Positions 36,401 to 48,400 of a stretch of 64,000 bases of DNA are shown one piece after another. The notes beneath the pieces were generated by a model, which was given only the letters and a program-made list of their open reading frames with translations, had not been told where the DNA came from and did no database searches. Source of the DNA: Ginglymostoma cirratum (lineage: Eukaryota); the NCBI GenBank assembly GCA_024137785.1, contig JAHRHZ010000069.1, positions 27,942,132 through 28,006,131 on the forward strand, written 5' to 3'. How positions within the stretch are numbered: position 1 is the first letter of the stretch; each line of letters begins with the position of its first letter. The position numbers and the translations under genes are program-made.

Positions 36401-39400
36401 TTCTAAATGGGAGACAGACATAGTTGGTTTTACTGTCAAGTTTATTTCTTTTCAAGATGGCCATGATTGGTTGACCAGAAAATTTAGATGCCAATTAACT
36501 GGTAACTCATCAGGAGATGGTTGGGGGGTGGGGGGGGGGGGGGGGGGAAGGAAGTTCCTCCTGACATGGGAAGCAATGTGACAAGCATTAAGCAAAAGCT
36601 AGAATCCTTTGCCAACTTTGAATTAAGTAGTTTGGTAGTAATGCCATAAACATGGTGCATGGGCACCAATGCACAGCTGGGTCTTGTTTCTGTTTGTTGC
36701 AGAGGTGAACAGCAACAATAAAACCAACTAGGGAGTATGCAGCATGTCCTGGCAAGGGCAGAAGTGTTCAAAGTTAATTTTGGACAAAAAAATTCACGTG
36801 AAGTGCTTAAAAATGGTTCCGATTGTAGAAAAACCCTCCTGAAATCAACATTGCTATGCAAGTTGTCAGGGCTTGCTCTTAGCATATGAAATGACTGCCA
36901 ACCATTCAACAAAAGCAGCTGTGAGTGAAGCTTTGTACCTAGCTAAATGCATTCCACGCTAGTGAAGTCACTTTTCCTGCAACTGGGAAGAACTCAGGTC
37001 AAGAGCAGACATGCAAGCTGCTTGCAATTTGCCCATCATGCATGGTGTTCATGTGGATTGACAGCCTTTGGATAAGCTTTCTATACAATCAAATGCAACA
37101 GAAAATTCTAGGCCCCTGTTTTGAAGAAAGTGGGATATAGTCCAGTGGGGAGTCTGGATCACTAACTAGAGACCCAACTATTAGGCCAAGTTTTAGTGTC
37201 AGGCTTTGTATCTCCAAAGGTGGTGCGGGGGGGTGGGGCTAGGTTATTGGCCCTATACAGCTGAAGACATGGTTACTAATGGAAGTTGTTTGGCTGGAGG
37301 GACAATACGCAAGGACTGAAGATTTAAAATGCAAGAAAGGCATGGATGCAAAGAAACTCATTAAGAATCTTAAACTGATAATATGGACACAGTTGGAACC
37401 ATTAGGTCAAGGACAGGAGTGATTGATGACCATTGGAAGTGGACCAGAAAAGTCCACTATACAGAAGGGGAGATAGTACTGTAGTGGTCAGACCATTGGA
37501 CTATGACAGTCCTACCACAGGAGTTGGTTGAAGTTCAATTTCAACTCAGATTAGTTACACAGCTACCATTTAATGTTGATCAAAAATATCTAGCCTTTAT
37601 CCTTTAGGGATTAAAAAGTAGCATCCTCACCCGGTCTGACTAGGTAACTGTGCCCTGAGACTGAAGCCATTTCACTCAGTTCATGTGTTTATAGGGATGA
37701 ACAATTTTGGCATAGCCATTAAATGTCCAAATCCAGAAAAACAAAAGAGTCAGAAGCAATTGGAGACCCCTGAAATAGTAGAAGTTGAGGCTTATAAGAT
37801 TGTTATCTACAACAGAAACCCAGTTCAGAGTCCAGTGTGCTGGCATATATCAGATCTTATTCCATCAAGCTCATTGTAGCCACCTGGTATCAGTCTTTTG
37901 CAAAAAAAAAAAACCCAAAAATCAGCTTTGAAAACATCCAGAGGTTGGATGCTACCACTTCAGTGGCATCTTGTCCCATAAATACAAAAAAAAAAAAATT
38001 TAAAAATGCCTGATTAGAGTTGGGGCTCAAGCTTTAATCTTTCCTTATAGCAAGGTCCCAGAACCAAAGACAAAATGTCCCTTTTCAAAAAAAAAAAACA
38101 AAAAAAAAAAGAGGGAGAGGACTAGTAGAATTCCCTTTTATGCAGCTTGACCAGATCCTTTACAAGTTTTTAAATTCAACTTAGGAATTCAAAAGTTAAT
38201 CTCAGTTCGGTTAGTGTTGCTTTGTTGTCTCAATGCAACTTAGGTGATTTTTGTCTGCACGAGACTTGTTTGCTCTCCTATTCAATTCTCCAAGTGGTTA
38301 TTTTCAATGTGATGAGTGTTGGTAGGAAATCTTAAGGGTATCAACCAGCAAATGAATTTATAGTTGTCTAGCCTGCAAGACTGAGGGCAAAACAACTGTG
38401 CTCCATACCAATGAGTTTTGGAAGTGAAGTAGTTATGACAGGGATGGAGGAAAGTGTCATAGCAACATGGAAGTAGTTGGTCTGCAAGTGGAGAATGGAG
38501 TCAGTGGCTCAGTGGGGGCAAACACTGCTGGCTGACAGTTGGGGATTGCTGGAGGTCAATCAGCTCAGCTCCAGGGCATCTTGCAGGAGTTCAAGGGTAT
38601 GTTTTTAAAGTTAGCCTATTCAGAGCAGGTGGGACTTTAAAAGCCAGTCTCCAGACCAAAGGTAAGGACATTACCTGTCAGTCACAACAGCCTGGTTCCT
38701 CAGGATAGTGTCCTAGGCCTGAGTATCTTCAGCTGCTTCAACAGCTTTCCCTCCAAAAATGCTAACAGTCACTTCTAACTAGTATTCAGCACCATTTAAC
38801 TCCCCAGATACTGAAACAGTCCATGTTCAAATGCAAAGAAACAGGACCAGGACAATATTCAGGCTTGGACTGACAAGTAGCAAGTTGCTTGCACCATGCA
38901 AATACCAGGCAATGACCACCACCCCTTTAATATTAAGGGTGGTGTTACCATCAAATCTCCCTAACACCCTGGGGGTGGCCATTAGCCCAAATGGAACTAG
39001 ACTTGCCATGAAGAGCAGCTACAAGAGCTGGTCAGAGGATGGGAATACTGCAGCAGTTAACTCACCTGACTCAGACTGCCCACCATCTACAAAAAAGGAA
39101 GTCAGGAGTGAGAGGCAGCACTCTCCACTTGATGTATGCTGCTTGAACATTCAAGCTGGACAACATCCAGGACAATGCCAGTGAAGTGGGCTGCTGTCAC
39201 TCTCCACCATTGATGGAGTACACAGCTATTAGTACCACTTACAATATGCACTTCAGAAATTCAAGAGATCTGATAGCACCTTTCAAATCACTTGTGTCCA
39301 TTGTGACAGGAACAGGACACAAGTGCCACCACTTGCAAGCTCCCTCTAAAGCACACACCATCTTGGCTTAATATTGTTCCATCACTCACTGGGTCAGAGC

Positions 39401-42400
39401 CCTGTAATTCAAAGGGCAACATGGATCCACCTACAGCACATTAGCTGCATTCCTGAATGGCAGGAGGCCAATACCAGGACAACTGGGAAAATGGGCAATA
39501 GATGCTGGCTAATCAATAATGCCCATGTCTCACTAGTGACCAGAAAAAGAGGTACAAGTATAAGCTTATTCCCTTGCAAGTTATTTGCTAGCAATTCACA
39601 ATTAAAAACTGAGCCAGATGGTATTTCAAGTGGGCAAGATTTATTGAAACTAAACGACAAGCAAATAGAAAAATACCATTTGCAGACCAAAATATGCAAA
39701 CTTAAATAGCAAAGTCTGTCATGAAAGATTAAAAGTTTTCAACTCCAGATCATAAATCACAGCCAGTACAAAGATGGAAGTGAGGCTCCAAATTGAAGAC
39801 AATAGTTCTATTCATTTAGACCCAACAACTTCAAAGTTTGTTTTTTTTTTAAAGCTGCAGTAAAATTGTTGGAGCATAAATTTGAAGTAAGTTGGGACAG
39901 GCAGCCATTTGGGCCTGCTCTGCCATTCAATATGATCATGGTTGATCCTCTAACTCCATATTCTGTTCTTGCTTTTGCTATCTAGCTTCCCCCTGCACAC
40001 CACCCACCCCCACCCCCAAAAAAGCAGCCCCAAGTTTTTAACCCAATTTCTTTTGGTCTTGGCTTCAGTTAGAAGAAATCATCCACAGGCTTGCACCTAT
40101 ATAGGTGAAGTAATTTCTCCTCAGTCCTAAGATATATAGTTTACCTACTATCCTTAGTGACCCTTAGTTCTGGGCTCCACCATCCAAGACATCTTGCCTG
40201 CATCTACCTGTCTAGATGTTAGCCCAATTGTCTTTCTTTCTCCTCTCCCAGTGTATATAGTCCTAACTAATTCAGTTTCTTGGAGAGGATCTTGCCATCC
40301 CAGGAATCAGTCTGGTTATCCCAGAGAATAAGATGGCACAACTAAATACTTGTAAGTCAAGAATTACAAACAGGTGTTCAACTCCAAACCAAAAAGTGAA
40401 ATATTCAGAAGTATGTAAGTGTTTGTATTAAATTTGAAATCTAAGTGTTTCCTACAACAAATACTTCTTAAGTGCAGTGGAAGATGGTTGCATGTTTGTT
40501 AATTCACATTTTGAAATCTAGTCTTAGAATGTGAAATAGGATTTCTTGAACCTCAACCTAGCAAGTGTGCACACTTCAAAAAGTTACTTTGTATTATGTT
40601 TTTAATTACCATCACCAAAAGGAAGCCATGAGTCACTGACTCAGCATACTTTAAGTAAAAACCTTGCCTCCAGGATTGGATTTAAAGTTTGTACATCAGA
40701 TTACATTAACATTAACCATCTGGGGAGTTAATCTGCTAGCACTGAATAGAGTATGGAGTACACTAGTAAAGTGTCTCATTGAAAGAATCTGCCTTAATGC
40801 CTCATTTAAGGGGTTAGTCTGCTTTTAAACCAGGTCCCAATATAGGGGGAAGAAATAAGCTAGAAAACCAATTGTGACTCAGGTGAATCACATTCTAATT
40901 CAATTAGATATCAGGACCATTTGGGGACCCTCCTGTTGTGTCTAACCCCTGGAAATGGAAATCCTGGGGTCAAGGCCCATTTGCTCCAGGGAGGTATGCA
41001 ATAGCATCTGAACAGATTAAGTGGCTAGGAACATTAGCAGAGAGACCTGCTTTTTGGTAGTCTCAAATTTTGTCAATAAGCTGACAGTCAAATAGCTCAT
41101 TACCATTCACTTCAGCTGAATGATTGAAGGAATAACTACAGCTTGCCAAAAAGGAAAAGCTGCCACTGCAGCTTCAAACATTTTGCGTGACAGTTGAATA
41201 CAGGATGAGCAATTGAAAATTGTGCAAGGAGGACTGAATGAGATTTCTTCCAGGCAGCATCTAGTGTTTTACTCGCATTTAAGACTAAAGCTTGGCAGGA
41301 AAGCAAGGAGGAAACAAATTTGTCTAATTAGTTGGTCTTAACAGCTGCTTCAAACCAACACTCAGGCAGCAGTTTTAAAAACCATGTAGTTACTCTCCAT
41401 ATATTTCAATAACTGAATGGTACATCCCCTGGGAATTGCAAGAAACATGGCAAATGAGCATACATGGAGTTACAAACAGGCAATCAACTGAAGAGTGACT
41501 TTTGCTTGTTTTGAACGTGCTTAAAGATTCACACGATGTCAATTAGTATTTATAGAATCCAGCCCAAACTCAAGCTTAAGATGTTTGACAGGATCTATTA
41601 CAGACAGCACCCACCCCCTCAGTTTATAATTGCTGGTGACTGTATCTAATTGGATGCTGATATAGCTCATTAGCTGTTACAGAATGGCGTAACCAAGTCT
41701 GCACAAGAGAAGAAATGTTACACTGAAGTAAACATTGGCACTCCCATGTGCAGTTCACCTTGAAACAGTCTCCCATTCTTGTGATTTATACATACAGTTT
41801 GGGCTTCACAAGAGTCTTGACAGCTCCAACTTTGGAAGAGGTGGTATTTGCCCATATGCTGCTTAAAGATGCAATTTCATTACTTCAATTAGATCACTTT
41901 CTACATGGTATTGGGGTGGGGTGTTAATTCAAATACATAAGCTCCAAGCACAGAATGGATTGCAGTGACAAATCTAACAGGCACAATGTAACCATTTTGT
42001 CTTATTGAAATTTGTGGTTACTGGTCAGTCAAGTGGCAATAAAATCAGTGCATCAACTGTTTGATTAGTCACTTGTCTGTACTTGACAGACTGCATAACC
42101 TTGCAAATTGAACTGCTGCATTTTACACTTCAACTTAGACTACAGAAATGGGACATCACCCCATGTCCACATCTTTACCCTGTATGGGTGCAACTTCTGC
42201 AGTTTACTTTAATGCAAAAGCTCAAAATCTTAAGAGATGGTGAGCCAAGTGGAGAGGGGCTAATCATGTCCTAATAATTTTGCAGTGAATGAGGGAGGGA
42301 AATTGGAGGGAGGGTTCACCTGCAAGGTAGTTGAGACAGGAAACTTGAGTATTGCGATGAGTACTTGAAATGTTAAGCTACGGATCTAGAAGATAATATA

Positions 42401-45400
42401 TTTTTAGTGGTACAGACCGTATGGTCTGAAGGGCCTCTTCTATACTATAATTCTGTGATCCAAGCCTATAGACCAGGCTTCTCAAAAGCAGAGGCCAGGA
42501 TTAAGGGGGTCCTGAACTCTTGCAACAGTAGTGGCTGACCTCCAACTAGTGCTCCTCTTTTCCACAGCTCAGGCATAACAGTTTAATCTGTCAAGTGTGG
42601 TCAGCGGCAGTAAGTTTGTAAAGTACTGCTATAGGTAGTCAGTATCTTGCAACAAGTTTTAGAAAGTGTTGGTTGTGAAGGACTAGTCAGTCCAAAGGAT
42701 CTGTTTGTGCTGTAGCATTCTACTAAATAATACTAATACTAATCTTAAAAACAAACATTTTCCTAGAGTAATGTTCTCATTAGAAGTGAATTTTACATGA
42801 ACCCCATTTCCAAGACACTGAAGTTGCCAATTATAGGAAAGTGGTCACATGAACCCAGTCAATCCATTGGGTGTTATTTATGTTAACCTCTTGTGCTGTT
42901 ATGTGTTTAAAAACAGCAAGTTCCAAGGTAGTTCTGAGGAAGCTGCTTTGCATGGCAAAAAACCAAATAAAATCTGTTAGTGTAAGAGAAGCCATGCTCA
43001 TTTAGGAGTCTCAAGATCACCTACAAATGAAGTGTAATAAAGAGGCATGCAGACCCTCAAGTGCCCATTGCCCCTCTGCAGGGGTTAGTTGGCCACTTCA
43101 GTTTAGAATAATTCCAGCATTGAGTTGGATTCCATTTGAAGAGGTGAGACCCACTGCCTCACCTTGTCTGAGGATTTCAGTTGTTTGAAAAGAATGACCC
43201 CCCACAACAAGCAGACTTTCTAGGAATGAACAAGTCCTGTTGGTCAGGAATTGTGGATTTACCTTCTGATGTCAAGAGATGACGTGAACTGGTATACACT
43301 ACCAACAAGCCAGGAAAAGTTCAGTGGTTTGTAAGCAGGATCCCAATCCATGTAAAGGCTGACAATCGTGTCAACGTCCTGGCCAAGCTTCCTGCTTTCA
43401 ACTGCTAACCAGCGTCCTAGCAATGAGATTGACTGTAGCTAAATCATACCCTGCAAAAGAGTATCTGTCTGGCTTTTCTGGGTACAGGACAGTGGAGAAT
43501 TTTCATTTGGCCATACTGCAAACAGCAGTGAGTAAAACTGACTAAGGAGTCAAAATCTCGACAACTTTAATCTTGGGCAGCAGTGCCTCAAGGTCAGTCT
43601 TGAAGTTCTATTATCATCGCAGGAAAAGTCAAAAAACTTCTGCATGACAATGTCCTGTATAAGGGGTATTCCTATGGGAGGAATCAAGTAGGAAAGTACA
43701 AACAGCACACCATTGCCCTGATCCTAATTGTGGATATTAACCTGGCTAAGTTTGAAGCTAGTCACTGACAGGCACCTCCTAAAAACCAAAAAAATTAAAT
43801 CTACTGGCTGCCAGGGAGGGCAAAGGCCACCCACAGGTGGAAAAATCTACACAAGCAATGTCTCCTGGTGAAGACAGTCAAAAGGTGGTGCAAGTCACGA
43901 CTGCAACTGCATTTAAGTACTGAGGAAGTCTGCCCCACCTTTGGCTATTAAAGGGTCCGGCCAGTGCAATTGCCACAAGTTTCACTTTAGCAGCATATCA
44001 TTCCAGGATCAGACTGACAATAAAAACAAAACACATTTCCATCAGAGGCCCAATTAACTGAAATTTGTGACAGAAGGATTATTCAAAAAAGTGTTCAATG
44101 AATGTTTCACATTCAGTTGTTGCCCAACTAGTTTTCCAATTAGAACCACTCAGCAGTTAGTAAAACTGTAAAAAAGGTCCTAAGGTAGCAGTGCCCCACA
44201 CCCCCCACCCCCGGCCACATCGTCTACACAACTTGTCTGTGTAAGAATTAACTGGAGTCCAGAAGGAAATTTTTTGAAGAACGTTTGATGGCAGATAGAC
44301 ATACTGAAAGTCTTTTCCAAAAAAAAAAAAACGACTAGTTCAGAGGCATACAACTGTTTCTCAAATGGCTGCTTTCATCAGTAAGTTTGCAGACTGGGCT
44401 CCTTTCCACAGTATTTCAAACAGAAACAAAAATCAGCCAAAAGCACTCAATATTTATCACGAGTCACACCTCAAGACTTCAATTCTGCCACTATAATCTT
44501 AGCATCTAGGTCATTCTGCATTGTGAACTACTTTACCTTCTGCTGCTTGTATTCACATATGCACACCTCTAGTGATTTTGAACAGAGGATAGACTCTTCT
44601 TCACCTCAAAACAAGGATAGTTGACATTAAGTTCCATGTGTTAATTTAATATTTAACACAAAAAGCAAGGCCAGTGAATCCCTGACAGCAAGAGGATGCA
44701 ACTGCAGTGGCAGACTTGAGTTACTACTATAATACTTACTGAGTCATAAAGGTGGAGTTAAACAGTTGTTCCTCCTTCACTAGGAAGTTACACAAGTTTG
44801 TGCTCCTACATGAACTCCCAGGATGTTGTCATTAAACTGACTTATTCAAATTACAACCAAAATAGAATTACACCAAGTGTAAGGGACATTTTCTTGCACA
44901 TGTCACAATATCATGTGAGCCAAAGAACCAGGACAATACATATTGCTGTGCAACATGCAGGGCACTAGAATTCTCATTTCGTTTTAGTTACAATCCACCA
45001 CTTCATGTGGCAGGTGGGAGAAGAACAAGGCTCTAGACAGTGAGAGCATTGGTAGAGCTCAGGTGGAGGGTTCTAGTGCAGGCTGGGATTGGGCTACAGT
45101 TTTGGTATTTACAGGTAGATCTTTGTCCCATCTCAAGTGCTTGCTCCCAAGAGCTGGAGAAAAGCCAAACATGTCCTTTTTCCTGCCCAAAAGGATGGAA
45201 ACATTGAGAGTCTTTGGTCTGAAATGCAAGATGTCTATAACCTTACTGCGAGAGCCACTGTCCATCCAGAAGGAAGTTTACTTTTGCTTTGACATGCTTG
45301 CACTGGTAGCACATTTCTTGGAAGAAAGTGGAGGCTGAACTTGGTCATGCTTCACAGTTTGTGCTCACATGAGCACATCAGAATCACACCAAGCAGGTGG

Positions 45401-48400
45401 TTGAGATAGCTCAACTGGACAGTCTTGGATGCTGCAATTTGCTCTTTAAGAAAGAGCAGGGTTACTGGGAAGACAGTCTGTTTAGACTGCAGGCTTTAGA
45501 ACAATTATCACAAATACAATGATAGACCTAGCACTGCAACATGGGATTTTAAACCAGAAAAAAAAAAATTGAATTGACCCTGGTTAGAGGTCAGGTTGCC
45601 CTAAGGGTGGTGAGATAGACTCAAGACATGGTTGGACTAAACCAGAAAAAACCAACCTAGCTGTCAACTTCAATTGACAAGTATTTTTCAAGTTCTGGTT
45701 TAAATTTTGAGTTGCACCCACTGAGCTAGCATATGGAAAGTCTTCAAAAACGTTGTTATCTTCTGGTGAAAAGGCATGCAAGTGGCCTAAAGCAGTTAGC
45801 CATCAGCCAAAACTGCAAATTTCTTATCAAAAACCCAACATGAAGCAAACTGAAGGCATTGAACAAAATCTTGTAAAGTTTACTGTAACACTAAACAGGA
45901 TGAATAGATAAATGCATCATACTGCACAACTGACATACAGCTGCTGTGGCTGGTCATTTCAGTACAAGAATGACTGGTGTGGTAAAGATTCACCAACTAG
46001 TTGAAACTATTCTACTACATCATACACACCATGTTTAGGTTAGGATGCAAACCCTCCTGCTTTCAGATGAAAACAGACAGGCAAACATGGTACCATATGT
46101 TGCCAACATTAAGCACCCATAACTGATAAAGTTAATGGTCAATATTGGAATCTGCAAGGATTCAAACACCTGAAACAATCACAGGGATCAAGTGAGCAGT
46201 ACAATCTTACATGTGAAGATTTCTCTACCCCTTAGATCTTTAGTGGTTGTACAAATGGCTACTCTGTACAATCAAAAGCCAATTAGTGTACACTGAGGAG
46301 AAAGTAGGCTTGTTTTTAGTCACTTGCTTATTGGTCAGTCTGAAGTCAACTTCAGACAGGAGGGTGGAGAACATGCCCCCACTTACATAAACAGATGAGG
46401 TGGGAGGTGAAGAACAAAGTTCCTCAGGAGTGATGATAACATGATCTGTCCTGGACTTCCCACATAAGTGGACAGTCAGGACAGCACAGCAATTCATCTT
46501 AGTCTTCAGGCAGCTCAGGAAATTTGGTACGGCCATAAAGGTCCCTTCAACTTTTCCAGATGCACCATGGAAAGTGTACTGTCCAGGTGCATAACAGCCT
46601 GGTACAGCAACTGCTCTGCCCAGGACTGCAAGAAACTATAGGAGGTGGTGTGCACAGCCCAGACCACAGAAGCCAACCTTCCATCCATGGACTACTTACA
46701 TGGCCCACTGCTGCAGAAAGGTGGCAAAAGACCAAACACCTTGGTAATTACCTCCTACAACTTCTATCAGGGGGGATACAGAAGCCTGAATACATGCACA
46801 AACAGGTTCAGCAACAGCTTCTTTCTGGTTGTTAGACTGTTGAATGGACTCTAGCCTCAAATATAATGTAATCTGTATGCCCCCAAGTTTTTTTGATCTT
46901 TACATCTTTTGCTTACTGTGTTCTGCCTGTATTGCTTTTAATAAAAGCTTGTCAATGTACAAACAGTGACAAATCAATTGGTTACCATAACTACCAGCAG
47001 CCAATGAATTTAGTAAATACTTCCTTGCCTATTCAGGTAATGCTCAAGTTGGAGGGTCAACATATTTTAACCTGTTGAAGAGTCAAGAAGCTTCACGAGT
47101 CTGTATGGAAATTACTGTGGGTACAACAATCCAAAAACCATTGGCCTGTAACAGCCTAACTTCTAAGCACGTTATCTCTAAAAAAGGGCAGAAGGATTTT
47201 GCTCTAAGGTGAGTATCTTAAGGTAGGGAAGCAAAAGACATTTCAGTATGTGACAAACACCACTAATACAATGCAAACGGAAATATGATTGTGGGGAAGG
47301 AGTAGCACTTAATAGCTTAATCTTTACTGAGTGAAGCTGTTCTATCTGTAATGACAAACTAAAAAGTTCATGTTTCATCTCATATGTGGTGTGATGGAGT
47401 CAAATCCAATGAGTACCTGTTACACTTATATAGAATAAACTGTTGAAACTCTACAGTTTAGGCATTAACACCACACTGTTTTCAATCCTCAAGGACAGAC
47501 TGTGATCCACATTAAACAGAAAAAAAACAAGTTATAACTTCAAAAGGTAGAAGAGAGTTAAATCAGCTTGTTCAGACAAGTGACACCTTCAGGGCAGGTG
47601 GGATTTGAACAGGCATTCTAGCCCATAGGCAAGGACATTATTAGTGCACAGATAACCCAATCTAGAATGGATGCACTGGCTGCAAATTCATGTGCAACAG
47701 CATCAAATGTTACTCTGGAAAGTTCCCCTTGCCTCTAAGTGCAGTCAGCTCAATACTTGGACCATCTAAATTAAAAAGATTACTGCATTAGTTTGCAGCA
47801 GTACTCTAGCAGATTCAAGTGCATCCTTGAATGTTGGTATGCTCTTCCCAAGATGATTCAAGTTCTACAGCTCAAGATATATTGGATGATAACACTGCTA
47901 TCTGCAGTTCACATGCAGGATTTACCAAGGACTAGTTCTATTATAATTTCTGAAGTGATAAGCCAGAAATCCTGTGCTTTTAAAAATTAGAAGATTAGGC
48001 ACCCATAAGGTCACTCATGGAAGATTGCAGTTCTTGGTACAGTGGAGGAGTGAAGGGGTCACTGGACCTAAAGAGTTGACTGCTTTCTCTCCACTGATGC
48101 TGGCACCCCTGCTGAGTTTTTCCCCCCAGTAACTTGTGCATTTCTATATAAATTAGAAACAGACAAGTTGCTACCTGGGGAGGCCAATATGAAAACATTG
48201 ATAGTTACAAGTCTCTTGAGGACTAAAAATGAAGTCCCATCTGGTCAAAGTGTCACAATGCACTGGAGGATGACAATGTCACATTAGAGTAAGTTACTCA
48301 TGACAATGTAGAATAACTCAGCACCACATGTATAAGCTAAAAACAAACAAATGCACATGAAATCTGTAGATTTCTAGAACTAGCAAACCATTCAAGTGAA

